In this document: in pieces, positions 12,943 to 25,090 of the stretch
Position numbering within the stretch: the stretch's first letter is position 1
How the letters are laid out: each line of letters opens with the position of its first letter
Assembly (NCBI GenBank): GCA_964016885.1
Contig: OZ024740.1
Span: forward strand, 418,686,001 to 418,750,000
Source of the DNA: Eledone cirrhosa
Lineage: Eukaryota
Length of the DNA: 64,000 bases
Direction: 5' to 3'
The notes under the pieces: model-generated
The model's database searches: none
What the model was told of the DNA's origin: nothing
What the model saw: the letters and a program-made list of their open reading frames with translations, nothing else
Made by a program: the position numbers and the translations under genes

Positions 12943-13409
12943 CATACTCTGCTCTGGAAGCATCCTAGCATGGAGGCATCCTAGCTACCATCAGACACAT
13001 ATATATATATACCATCATCATCATCATCATCATCATTTTACGTCCGCTTTTCGCTGCTTGCAAGGGTGGGACAGGAACTGATTCTGGCTTGATTTCTACA
13101 GCTGGATGCCCTTCCTAACACCAACCTCATTTACAGTGAGTGCTGGGTGCTTTTTTTTTTTCCGTGGCACCTACACGTCCACTTTACAGTGTGGGCTGGG
13201 TGCTTTTTGCCGTGGCACCTCCATGACCACTTTGCAGTGGAATGATAGGGACCCCAGTCCTATCATCTCATTTTTACAGCTGAGTAAGCTGGAACAATGT
13301 GAAATAAAGTGTCTTGCTCAAGGAAACAACACATCACCCGGTCTGAGAATTGAACTCACAACCTTTCGATTGCAAGGCCAATGCCCTAACCACTAAGCCA
13401 TGTGCCTCC

Positions 13410-13708
<299 letters not shown>

Positions 13709-13760
13709 AAAAGAATTAAAATACTAGAGTGTGCTAGAGTTAAAGATATAGAGCCGAAGA

Positions 13761-14060
13761 ATTATAAAAAAATAAACGAAAAAAGCCTTCAATACATCAA
13801 AAGTCTTTATTAGCCAACAATGTTTCGTCCTATTAAGGACTCATCAGGGCAAGTAAAGCTACAAGAAGCACTATTGGCCAATACAAGCCAAAAACTCAGA
13901 AGAATATGGAGTATACATCTATTAAAGCTTAGGAAAGATATCAAGGAAAAGTTGGCTAAGATTAAGAGTGAGCAGTTACAAACATAGATATAGACCAAAT
14001 AGCAAGGAAGTGATTAACATGTTGAACCCACATTGCAAATATTGTATAATGCAAAAACTT
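13761..14060 (-). mobile_element. Penelope-like pseudo-LTR, left inverted copy
   Basis: Near-identical reverse complement of 18588-18887; contains a hammerhead core followed by AATAAA. Confidence 0.75.
13813..13850 (-). ncRNA. Minimal type I hammerhead ribozyme motif
   Basis: GCC-CUGAUGA-GUCCU(UAAU)AGGAC-GAA-AC(AUU)GU-U-GGC. Confidence 0.75.
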
Positions 14061-14823
14061 ACAAAAACTTACAAAAACTTACAAAAATATCACAAAATAT
14101 TACAAAATATAACAGAACAGTACCTCAAATATATTAAAATCTATAATACGATTACATAAAAATGATATGATATAACAACGTTAATATCAAATAGCAAACA
14201 GAGTGTAAGGAAATGCTTAATATATATATATTTACGTGGTTGACATACACAGACATATATTAATGAAATTACATGATCAGACAGACAGCGTGTGGTAGTA
14301 AAAAAAATGTTGTGATATTTTGGTAATATTTATGCCAATGTAAAATGACTTGACCTCTGTGTATTTGTTACAATGGTATAGATATTTTTTCAACACAATT
14401 TTTTCAACACAATTTAGTTCTATATGATATTTTTTTCTTACCCTGTGTAAAACTTTACACTATTTGTTAACCTTGAATTATATGTATGATGTAATTTTGT
14501 ATATCTTTTGATGCCAATATATTATAATATTGTTATTATAATGTTTTTATATTGTTTATGCACACTGACAGGGAATTATATATTATATTTTATTTTTATT
14601 TTGATCTTTATTCTTATTTTTATCTTTATTATATTATACTGTAAACAATATATATATATATATTTAAATACTTAATAAGTGTTAGTTTGTGTTTGTACTA
14701 ATGTGTATATGTATGGATATATAGATATCTTCCTCTACCATTGTCGCTGAACAACAGCAAAAACCAACGACCGTAGCTTCTGCTACTACCCCCGTTGAAG
14801 GACTTCATCAACAACAGCAACCC

Positions 14824-15555
14824 ATGTCTTCCTCACCCGTTACTTTTCAACAACAACAACCGATGACTGTGTCTTCTACCATGCCTGTTGAAGGAGAAGA
14901 ACAACAACAAAAACCGACCGTCAATATGGAGTTTGAGGAAATACGGCAAATGATTTCCGCTTTAAGTCAAGAAATAGCGGAAATAAAATCAAGCGTTCGT
15001 GTAGAACCCCACAATGAGGGATCTTACCGGAGTGCCTTGTTAAAAAATCTCCGCGTACCTCATGTTGAACCTAGACGCATTGAGAATGCCACTGAATCTG
15101 CAAACCACGAAGTGATTGCCATTGGTGTGCCGGAAGACATAGTTGATCTTCAGGCATTTGCTGCCAGTTCATCCAAAGACCTGGGCTGTGCTCCCGCAAA
15201 GGGTGCTCTACGCCTTGGCCGACCAGGCCCGAAACCCAGGTTAATTAGACTGTCGTTTTCAAACTCGGCTGAGGCACGTTCATACCTTGTAGCCTCTGAT
15301 AAAGCTAGGCGTGAAAGTCGGATTGCTTTCCGAACACGTCCTGGTCTTCCACCTGATGTCCGCCCAAAGTTGCGTGCTGCAGCTTCCCTAAACCGCAGCT
15401 CGGCAGAACATGAAAGCTTCAGCCTACGAGATGATGGGCAGATATGGAAGTTTGTTAAGGCTGGCGAATCATGGAAAAGAGACACCAGCTGGTCTGAAAA
15501 CAGTGTACCCACAACAACTGACAATAAAGAAACTGAAAAAACTCTGGGAAACTAA
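14824..15555 (+). CDS. CR1 ORF1 protein; frame open from 14725, probably 5'-truncated
   Basis: Q-rich repeats, coiled-coil-like segment, GVPE...RLGRP...PRLIRL.F motif typical of CR1/L2 ORF1. Confidence 0.8.
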   Translation: MSSSPVTFQQQQPMTVSSTMPVEGEEQQQKPTVNMEFEEIRQMISALSQEIAEIKSSVRVEPHNEGSYRSALLKNLRVPHVEPRRIENATESANHEVIAIGVPEDIVDLQAFAASSSKDLGCAPAKGALRLGRPGPKPRLIRLSFSNSAEARSYLVASDKARRESRIAFRTRPGLPPDVRPKLRAAASLNRSSAEHESFSLRDDGQIWKFVKAGESWKRDTSWSENSVPTTTDNKETEKTLGN

Positions 15556-18374
15556 ATCAGAACAACCTGCCATCCCCTGCACATAATCATAGACTGGAAT
15601 CAAAGTACAAATTGTTGTCCTTGAATGCACGTAGTCTATGCAATAAGATTCATCTTTTTGACTCCTACGTCAAAAGTATCAACCCGGACTTCATTACAGT
15701 CACGGAAACTTGGGCACATCCCTTACTCTGTGATGGGGTTTTCAGCATGACTGGCTACAACCTGTTTCGTAAAGACCGTATTAATCGTCGTGGTGGTGGT
15801 GTAATGGTCTACGTTCGGTCAAATCTGTCGGCAATTCCTTGTGCTGATTTGAACCAATCACAGCAGGAAGTTTTTTTCTGCGATATACGTATGACCATGT
15901 CAACACTGCTACTTGGAGTCGTTTACCGTCCCCCAAATTACCATCAGGACACTCAACTTTGTGATATCCTCAGAGCTGCTGCCAGGAAGACAGCCACTTA
16001 TGTTTTCATTGCAGGTGACTTCAATCACCCTGAGATTGACTGGGAGACCTTTCGTTGGCCGCCAAGTGCAAATGACTTCCTTGAGCTGGTGCTGGACTCG
16101 AGTTGGTCCCAGGTGGTCACCTCCCCAACGAGAGGTGACAACACTTTGGACCTACTCTTCACCACTACTCCTGAAACGGTCATTAGTGTTACTGCTGAGG
16201 AACCTTTAGGTGACTCTGATCATGCTATGATCATTGCCAATCTATCCCTCATGGGCAGTAACAAGAACCACAACCATCTCCAAACTGCTCACTTTGACTG
16301 GAATAAAGCAGACTGGAACTGTTACTGCACCGAGTTGCAACGGCCAAACTGGCTTGAGTTCTATGACTCTGGAGATGTCAACACTGTACTCCAGAACATC
16401 CTGAGCTCAATATGGACAGCATGTGCAGCATCGGTGCCACGTAAGCGGAAAAAACATCCCAAAAGCGCAATTTGGGAGACTGCAGCAGTCCGTCTTGCCA
16501 GAAAAGAACGGCGCAATGCTGAACGTGAGTACAAACTTCACAAATCAGACATTAATAGGAAGAGGCGAAATAGATCGTCCAACCACCTCAAACAGGTGAC
16601 AAAAAAGGCAGTGTTTCAATTTGAGCAGCGCATAGCAACCAGCCCTGACAGTAAGGTGTTCTGGAAGTATGTTCACTCAAAGCAGAGGCCTCACTCTCCA
16701 GTTGGTCCTCTTCGCAATCCCCACACAAGCCAGGTTACTGACGACCCCAAGGAATGCGCAGAGTTCATTGCTGAATGCTATGCAGGCATTTTCACCATTG
16801 AAGACCAGAGTGTACCATCTCCACCACCTATGACACCGGACTCTATTACAACTATGGAATTTACACCTGCAATGCTGCGACGTCACCTAAAAAATAAACG
16901 CAACCATGCCTCTCCTGGTCTTGATGGTGTTACGTACCTGCTTCTTAAACGTGGTGGGTACTTCCTTCTACACCAGTTATCACGCTTCTTCCAATTCTGT
17001 CTGAACAACAGTGCTACTCCAGAACAGTGGAAAACTGCCAGTGTAATTCCTCTGTTCAAAAAGGGTGACCGCACATCACCTGTGAACTATCGTCCAGTCA
17101 GTCTTACTAGTTGCATCGCCAAACTGATGGAATCCTGTGTCAGAGAAACACTTTGGAACTTCTGGAGCTCTCACAGTCTTATCCGGCCCTCGCAATTTGG
17201 ATTTATCCCCAACTCCAGCTGCTGTGATCAACTTATAGAGTTTCTTGAGGACATCACCCGGATCACTGATGGCGGCTCATGGGTGGATGTTGTTTACCTT
17301 GACTTTGCGAAGGCCTTCAATTCTGTGCCGCACAAAAGGCTTATGGCAAAACTCTCTGCAATGGGTGTGAAGGATGATCTTTTTAACTGGTTGAAGTCCT
17401 TCATTCTCAGTCGAAGAGAGGTAGTCACGGTTCTGGGACAGCATTCCTCACCATATGAGATGTCATCTGGTGTACCACAGGGATCTGTTCTTGGCCCCCT
17501 TTTGTTTGTGGCATATATTAATGACATAGATGCCAACTTAAAGAATGCCACAGTACTAAAGTACGCAGACGACATCAAGCTGTACCTTGAGATAAAAAGG
17601 ACAGATCCTGAACACTATAGATCTTGCTTGCAGTCTGACCTGGACACAATGCAACAGTGGATCTCAGACTGGCAACTCAAGCTAGCTGTGGACAAGTGCA
17701 CCACCATGCATTTTGGGAGTAAAAACCCAGCGTCCACATACTCCCTCCACAGCACTAATATCAAGAAGTCTTCCTGTGAACGTGACCTGGGCATTACGGT
17801 CAGCAGCGATTTGCGTTGGACGAGGCACGTCTCTAAAATTGTCAAGAGGGCCGAGGGTGTCTTAGCATCACTCAGCAAGACCTTTGTCAGCCGCTCTCCA
17901 GATATCTATTTAAGGCTGTATACAGCTATGGTGCGACCACACTTAGAATTTGCATCACCAGTCTGGAACCCCTATTTTGCTCAGGACATTGACCGCCTGG
18001 AAACTGTTCAGAGACGTGCAACCAAGCGAATACCCTCCATCAGGCATCTACCATACTCTGATCGCCTTGCTTCCCTGGGCATGGATTCATTGAAGCTCCG
18101 ACGCCTGGCAACTGACTTGGTAAACACCCACAAAATTGTTAACCATGTTGCCAACAACAACCCTGAGTGCCTTTTCGATTTCCATGTGTCTAACACACGT
18201 GGACATGCCCACAAAGTAAGAAAACAGCACAGTTCCCATGACTTTCGGAAACATTTTTTCACGCTCAGAGTTGCTGAAGCATGGAACAAACTACCTGCAT
18301 CAGTTGTTAGCTGTCGAGACACTGCATCCTTTAAGGCCTCCATGCTTCCCGAGATCCGCCAACACTACAGCTAA
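15537..18374 (+). CDS. CR1 ORF2: APE endonuclease + reverse transcriptase, uninterrupted
   Basis: LNARS, ETW, GGGV, YRPP, GDFN, SDH (APE); QFGF, LDFAKAF, GVPQGSVLGP, YADD (RT); CR1-type C-terminus VRPHLE...WNP...TRGH...WN.LP. Start given as the first base after the upstream in-frame stop. Confidence 0.93.
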   Translation, partial: KNSGKLNQNNLPSPAHNHRLESKYKLLSLNARSLCNKIHLFDSYVKSINPDFITVTETWAHPLLCDGVFSMTGYNLFRKDRINRRGGGVMVYVRSNLSAIPCADLNQSQQEVFFCDIRMTMSTLLLGVVYRPPNYHQDTQLCDILRAAARKTATYVFIAGDFNHPEIDWETFRWPPSANDFLELVLDSSWSQVVTSPTRGDNTLDLLFTTTPETVISVTAEEPLGDSDHAMIIANLSLMGSNKNHNHLQTAHFDWNKADWNCYCTELQRPNWLEFYDSGDVNTVLQNILSSIWTACAASVPRKRKKHPKSAIWETAAVRLARKERRNAEREYKLHKSDINRKRRNRSSNHLKQVTKKAVFQFEQRIATSPDSKVFWKYVHSKQRPHSPVGPLRNPHTSQVTDDPKECAEFIAECYAGIFTIEDQSVPSPPPMTPDSITTMEFTPAMLRRHLKNKRNHASPGLDGVTYLLLKRGGYFLLHQLSRFFQFCLNNSATPEQWKTASVIPLFKKGDRTSPVNYRPVSLTSCIAKLMESCVRETLWNFWSSHSLIRPSQFGFIPNSSCCDQLIEFLEDITRITDGGSWVDVVYLDFAKAFNSVPHKRLMAKLSAMGVKDDLFNWLKSFILSRREVVTVLGQHSSPYEMSSGVPQGSVLGPLLFVAYINDIDANLKNATVLKYADDIKLYLEIKRTDPEHYRSCLQSDLDTMQQWISDWQLKLAVDKCTTMHFGSKNPASTYSLHSTNIKKSSCERDLGITVSSDLRWTRHVSKIVKRAEGVLASLSKTFVSRSPDIYLRLYTAMVRPHLEFASPVWNPYFAQDIDRLETVQRRATKRIPSIRHLPYSDRLASLGMDSLKLRRLATDLVNTHKIVNHVANNNPECLFDFHVSNTRGHAHKVRKQHSSHDFRKHFFTLRVAEAWNKLPASVVSCRDTASFKASMLPEIRQHYS

Positions 18375-18587
18375 CACATACAAACATGTACTTCCCTGGC
18401 ATTTGTGTATTATTCTATGTACTATATTGACGAGTTGTAGTGCACCTGAGCACTTTACACAATAATTTCATTATTATTATTATATATATATATACATATA
18501 TTAAGCTTTTTATTATCACCATCCATTATATTATATTATATTCTATATCGTACTGTAATTCTCGCATTATATTACCATTTGTGTTTC

Positions 18588-18880
18588 AAGTTTTTGCATT
18601 ATACAATATTTGCAATGTGGGTTCAACATGTTAATCACTTCCTTGCTATTTGGTCTATATCTATGTTTGTAACTGCTCACTCTTAATCTTAGCCAACTTT
18701 TCCTTGATATCTTTCCTAAGCTTTAATAGATGTATACTCCATATTCTTCTGAGTTTTTGGCTTGTATTGGCCGATAGTGCTTCTTGTAGCTTTACTTGCC
18801 CTGATGAGTCCTCAATAGGACGAAACATTGTTGGCTAATAAAGACTTTTGATGTATTGAAGGCTTCTTTGGTTTACTTTT

Positions 18881-18887
<7 letters not shown>
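18588..18887 (+). mobile_element. Penelope-like pseudo-LTR, right copy
   Basis: Inverted partner of 13761-14060, followed by (TA)n. Confidence 0.75.
18798..18835 (+). ncRNA. Minimal type I hammerhead ribozyme motif
   Basis: GCC-CUGAUGA-GUCCU(CAAU)AGGAC-GAA-AC(AUU)GU-U-GGC, then AAUAAA; differs from the left copy only in loop II. Confidence 0.75.
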
Positions 18888-18938
<51 letters not shown>

Positions 18939-18941
<3 letters not shown>

Positions 18942-20081
18942 TCATCATCATCATCACCGTTTTACGTCCGTTCTTCCACGCCAGCATGGGTTAGACGGGT
19001 TGTCCTGTTGTGGGTAGTGTCTGGTCGGCTGACCATGCGTTGCTCATACAGGAACTGATTTGGCTTGATTTCTACAGCTGGATGCCCTTCCTAACACCAA
19101 CCTTATTTACAGTGAGTGCTGGGTGCTTTTTCGTGGCGCCTACACGTCCACTTTACAGTGTGGGCTGGGTGCTTTTTTGCTGTGGAACATCCACGGCCAC
19201 CTTGCGGTGGGGGGTGTGGGGGAATATTGTCTATATGCTTCAGCTTGTACCCATGGGAGGTCGGGTACTCTGTATTACTGCGTGACGCCAGAAGTCACGG
19301 TCATTTGAGAGGTGTAATTGGGTAAGGTCGGCTTTTATCACCTCATCCCAGGTCATCTTGGGTCTCCCCACTCCGCGGTTTCCATCAACTTCTAGTGCTC
19401 TGCACCTTTTTATGCAGCTGTCATCCTTCATACGCATCACATGTCCATACCAGCGCAACCACCTCTCCTGCACACAGCATTTGATACCTCTTATGCTCAG
19501 TCTCTCTCTCAATTCATTTATGCTTTGTCGTTCACGTATATTACTGTTACACATCCATCGGAGCATGCAGGCTTCGTTTCTCTCTAATCTACGTAAGTCT
19601 TCCACCTTCAGCGCCCAGGTCTCACTACCATGCAACATTGCTGTTCGGATACACGCATCATAGAGGCTGCCTTTCATTCTGAGGGAGAAGCCTTTTGCAG
19701 CTAGCAGTGGTAGTAGTTCCCTAAACTTCTTCTATCCCGTTCTTACCCTAGTTATTGTACTTTCTGAACACCCACCTCCGCTGCTAATTCGGTCACCTAG
19801 GTAGCAGAAGTTGTCTACTGTTTCTACAGAGCCCTCCCAGAGATTGGTGGTACTTGTTTCCTGTGGCTGTTTGCTGCTTGCTGTCTCAGCACAACTGCTG
19901 CATGTGAAGCCTACATTCTTAATTAAGCTTCCTGAGATCCCGCTACATCTCTTGTGTACCGATTGTTTGCATTTGGGGCAAAGAATGGAGTTCCTACCTA
20001 CACCTTTCCTACATACTGAGCAAGGCCATTTCCCTGAGGGGATCTGGGTTCTGTTTTCTCATCTACTTACAAGGACCTTAG
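18939..20081 (-). mobile_element. 5'-truncated RTE LINE family A with a premature stop
   Basis: Highly similar to the 20662 and 61539 copies; (GAT)n tail. Confidence 0.92.
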
Positions 20082-20143
20082 TCTATCTATATATTTGGCC
20101 ATAACGCACCAAAGTACTCAATACTTATGGTAGTAGAGTGGGT

Positions 20144-20292
20144 TATAGGAACAAGTATGACCCCGACAGCAGAGCTCAAGCCGTTTCAACGGCTAATTCT
20201 GGGCTAAATAAAAAAAATCATTTTTTATTTAGTCCAGAATTAGCCGTCGAAACGGCTTGAGCTCTGCCATCGGGGGCATACTTGTTCCTATA
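20144..20292. repeat. Fold-back palindrome, ~72-bp arms
   Basis: tataggaacaagtatg...aaataaaaaaaa versus ttttttttattt...catacttgttcctata; adjoins (TA)n. Confidence 0.9.
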
Positions 20293-20661
20293 TATATATA
20301 TACATATACACGCACATATATATATATCATCATCATCATTGTTTAATGACTATTTTCTACACTAGCATAGGTTAGACAGGTTGTCCCGTTTGAGGCAAGT
20401 CAGGTCAGGTGACAGTGTCTTGCTCATAAAGAATTGTTTCTGGCTAGGTTTCTACAGTTGGATGCCCTTCCTAATGCCAACCACATTTACAGTGTGGGCT
20501 GGGTGCTTTTTTTCCTGACACCTATACAACCCTTTTATGACTAATAAATTTCAGAAAGCCAGAACAATATGGTAGAAATATATAAAGGGCCTCTTTGATT
20601 CTTAAATTGCTCACATTCCTTTCCATCTTCTTTATGGTGACCTCAATGTCTTAGCTATAAT

Positions 20662-23250
20662 ATCATCATTATCATCATCATCACCGTTTTACGTCCGTTC
20701 TTCCACGCTAGCATGGGTTAGACAGGTTGTCCTGTTGTGGGCAGTGTCTGGTCGGCTGACCATGCCTTGCTCATACAGGAACTGATCTGGCTTGATTTCT
20801 ACAGCTGGATGCTCTTCCTAACACCAACCTCATTTACAGTGAGTGCTGGGTGCTTTTTCGTGGCGCCTACACGTCCACTTTACAGTGTGGGCTGGGTGCT
20901 TTTTTGCCGTGGCACCTCCACGACCACCTTGCGGTGGGGGGGGGGGCATATTGTTTATATGCTTCAGCATGTACTCATGGGAGGTCGGGTACCCTGTATT
21001 ACTGCGTGACGCCAGAAGTCACGGTCGTGTGTCATTGACTTTGAGAGGTGTAGTTGGGTAAGGTCGGCTTTTATCACCTCATCCCAAGTCATCTTGGGTC
21101 TCCCCCACTCCGCGGTTTCCATCAACTTCTAGTGCTCTGCACCTTTTTATGCAGCTGTCATCCTTCATACGCATCACATGTCCATACCAGCGTAACCGCC
21201 TCTCCTGCACGCAGCATTTGATTCCTCTTATGCTCAGTCTCTCTCTCAATTCCTTTATGCTTTGTCGTTCACGTATATTACTGTTACACATCCATCGGAG
21301 CATGCAGGCTTCGTTTCTCTCTAATCTACGTAAGTCTTCCACCTTCAGCGCCCAGGTCTCACTACCATGCAACATCGCTGTTCGGATACACGCATCATAC
21401 AGTCTGCCTTTCATTCTGAGGGAGAAGCCTTTTGCAGCTAGCAGTGGTAGTAGTTCCCTAAACTTCTTCCATCCCGTTCTTACCCTAGTTATTGTACTTT
21501 CTGAGCACCCACCTCCGTTGCTAATTCGGTCACCTAGGTAGCAGAAGCTGTCTACTGTTTCTACAGGGCCCTCCCAGAGATTGGTGGTACTTGTTTCCTG
21601 TAGCTGTTTGCTTGCTGTTTCAGCACAGCTGCTGCATGTGAATCCTACATTCTTAATTAAGCTTCCTGAGATCCCGCTACATCTCTTGTGTACCCATTGT
21701 TTGCATTTGGGGCAGAGAATGGAGTTCCTACCTACACCTTTCCTACATACTGAGCAAGGCCATTTCCCTGAGGGGATCTGGGTTCTGTTTTCTCGTCTAC
21801 TTATAAGGACCTTAGTCTTTGTCATGTTGACTTTGAGGCCCTTTCTCTCTAGTCCCTGCTTCCAGGTTTGGAATTTATTCTCTAGTTCTACCATAGATTC
21901 AGCTATGAGTGCGAGGTCATCAGCATACAGGAGTTCCCATGGGCATCCGGTCTTAAACTCCTCCGTTATTGCCTGCAGGACTATGATGAACAGGAGAGGG
22001 CTAAGAACAGAGCCCTGGTGGACCCCAACCTGTACGCTAAATTCCTCGCTATACTCATTGCCAATCCTAACTTTGCTGACTGCTCCCCTATACATGGCTT
22101 GTACCGTTTTCACAAGCCATTCATCTACTCCTAGTTTTCTAAGAGCCCACCAGATTACTGCACGTGGAACTCTGTCAAAGGCTTTCTCAAGGTCGACAAA
22201 TGCCAAGTAGAGTGGCTTACTTTTAGCTAGGTACTTTTCCTGTAATTGCCTCACAAGGAAGAGGGCATCAGTGGTGCCTTTCCCTGGTACAAACCCAAAT
22301 TGCATCTCGTCTATATTCACCCGGTCCCTAATCAGCTGTGCTATAACTCTTTCTGTTACTTTCATGACCTGGTCCATCAACTTTATACCTCTATAGTTTC
22401 CTCTATCTAGTGCATCGCCTTTACCTTTGTAGCAGTTGACAATGATGCTACTGCACCAATCTTTTGGTATGGCCCCCTCTAGTATTACCTGGTTAACGAT
22501 ACGTGTGGTTATAGTGTGACCTACAGACCCAGATACCTTCAGCATCTCGGCAGCTATACCCGATGGACCGGTTGCCTTCCCTATCTTCATATCTCTGATT
22601 GCCTTACTTACTACGCTGCCGCTGACTTGTACTGCTGGTCCCTCTATAGGGTCTACGTGGGGTAGGGTCTCTTCTTCCCATGCATTCTCCTCATTTAGTA
22701 ATCTATCATAATGACTCTTCCATGCATCTTTCTTCTCAGCACTTGTGAGGGCAAGCTCACCTTTATCATTCCGGATACACTTCTCTCCAATGACATCACA
22801 ACTATCTCTGACACACTGCCTCGCAATCTTGAATACCTCCTGTTTCTGGTCCTCACGTTGTAAAACATGCTTGAATTTTCTATCCTCTGCTTCCCTCCTA
22901 GCTAAGTATACTTGTCGCCTAGCTTCCCTCTTGGTCTCTATGTAATGTACCCTGCTCCCCCCGTTCTTCCATTCTTTCCATGCCTGTCTCTTGGCCTTGA
23001 CTGCTTCATCTACCTTATTGTTCCACCACCAAGTCACTCTCCTCCTGCTTGAGGTCTTACTCCAGCCACAAACCTCATCCGTCGCCTCTAGTAAGTTATT
23101 TTTTAGGAACTCCCAGTTCTCTTCTACGTTAAATGTCTCTATCTGTTCTTCTTTACTGTCGTAGGCGTTGAGTAAAATATCTTTAAATCTGTTACTGGTT
23201 GAGGGGACTTTCAGCTTCCAGATCTTTCTTCTCCAGGTTGGCCTCTGTTT
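20662..23250 (-). mobile_element. RTE LINE family A, truncated after the APE domain; RT largely intact (ORF 21079-23277)
   Basis: WWWN, KGKGD...NYRGIKL, QFGF, FVDLEKAFD, GVHQGSVLSP, YADD, PHD finger, YLG, HGSETW, LRWYGH; +1 frameshift near 21103. Confidence 0.95.
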
Positions 23251-24664
23251 ATATATATATGTATATAATTTCATCATCTTCGTTTAACGTCTGTTTTCCC
23301 TGCTGGCAATGGTGGCACAGATTTTCACAGATTGACTCAATACTCAAGCAGGGGCTACACAACTCCCAGACAGGCTTGGGGTTCACATCTTGTTTACATA
23401 TGGTCCCACATTCTACTGAATGCATTTTATCATGACACCAGCACTAAAGAGGTTGTCATGTCATTGATATAACTGAAGGGTCCTACCAACCCCTTGTGAG
23501 GCAAGCTTTCTAGGACTGGATGTCTGTCCTACATCAACTATTTTACAGCATGTACTGGGTGCATTTATCATGTAGATCCCACACACTAAAGAGGCTGTCA
23601 TGCCATTGACATAACTGAAAGGTCCTTTCATCTATTTTTGGAATGGTTTCTACAGGTTGGAGTATTTTTCTGATTTTTAAAGTCTTCTCTTGCATCCTGT
23701 CAAAATCAAATTTTTTTTTCGTCATCCTTCTGATGCTAAAATAAGTACCAGTCAAGAAATAGGTTTGACATAGTCAACTATACCATGCCATCAAACATGA
23801 AGCTGTGTCATTGTTAGAAATCATTATTTTTTCTTCCCGTTATTCATTAGAAGTAAAAAAACTGAAGAAAGCACATTAAACATAAGTTTATTTTCAAGTC
23901 AACTTTATAATAAATAATTTATATTTCTTTTTATACACACGCACACATACGCACAAATATATGTATGCCTTTCATATATTAGTTTACCTGCATAATGTAT
24001 ACATGCATGTGTATGTAAATACATACCTGTTATAAATGTATGTAAACATAATGTATATTTATGCAAATGTATTATTAAAAATACAATAAAACTCATTTTA
24101 AAAAAATCAATTTAATGTTATTTTTTTAGATTTTTTTAGTCTTTTTTAATGTTTTAAATTTGTCTCAGATAAAGTTTATAATTGATGAAAGATAATCCAG
24201 AATAATAGATAAGAACTATAGATCTTTGATTAAAAAAGTGATTTAGTTCAGAGAGATTTTCTGAGCATATTACAGTTTTCTTGTTACCATTGAGAACAGT
24301 TGAGAAGGGTGAATGGGTCTTTGAATGTTAATGAAGAGAAATAGTCATAAGTCAATAAGATTTGAAATAATTAAAAAATATATGACAAAAGTAGATAATT
24401 ATCTTAAACACAGCATAAAAGACTACTGAAAGCATATTCTAGGGTTTCAGTTACAAAAAATCTTTATAAAATCTGAAATATGCAAATTGCTTTGACAATT
24501 AAATAAGTTTAGTAATTTATGAGTAAAAAAGAAAATAGTGTGGCATCTTCTGCTGTATTCTAGAGAATCACAGCTGGATGAGACAGCAGGGTGCCAGCTA
24601 CTGGTTGATTTTGTCAATAACTCCCACCTCATTACTTCAATATAAATGTCTTCTGCAAAGACTT

Positions 24665-25090
24665 TTAACCCTTTCAACACCAATATCTATGAGCCAGCTT
24701 CTATTAAAGTATTAAAATTTAACTCTTTTATTACCATATTTAGAAAGAAATACACAGTATTTGAATTAATTAGTGAAAAAGTTTGGAGGGATTTACTAAA
24801 ATTATTCATTATCAAGATGTTATTTGAAATATGACTTAACAAAAATTTCTTATATTGAATTATGTTTGAAGATTTTAATTTAAGAAGTAACCCTTAAAAA
24901 TGAAAACTTGGAGGGATTTACAAAAATTATAAATTATTTCAATATCAAGATGGTATTTGTAATATGACTTAAAAAGTTCTTATATCAAATTATGTTGGAA
25001 GATTTTAATTTAAGAATAGACCCTTAAAAATGGATGGTTTTGTTTCATAGAACCAGCAGTTTTGGGAGGGTTGGTATAAAAATGGGTTAA
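24665..25090. mobile_element. piggyBac-type MITE, second family, with internal duplication
   Basis: TTAACCCTTTCAACACCAA ... TTGGTATAAAAATGGGTTAA termini. Confidence 0.55.

Larger units (their letters stand above)
14728..18483 (+). mobile_element. CR1-group LINE, near full length, (ATT)n tail
   Basis: ORF1 plus APE-RT ORF2; 3' end GAGTTGTAGTGCACCTGAGCAC...AATAATTTCATTATT shared with four other copies. Confidence 0.92.

Noticed and set aside
13810-13998. Duplicated 62-aa protein gene (also 18650-18838)
   Set aside because: Non-ATG start, no recognisable domain; simply the two arms of the inverted repeat.
21149-22210. Antisense ORFs over RTE and CR1 copies
   Set aside because: Shadow frames of RT coding sequence with no independent evidence.
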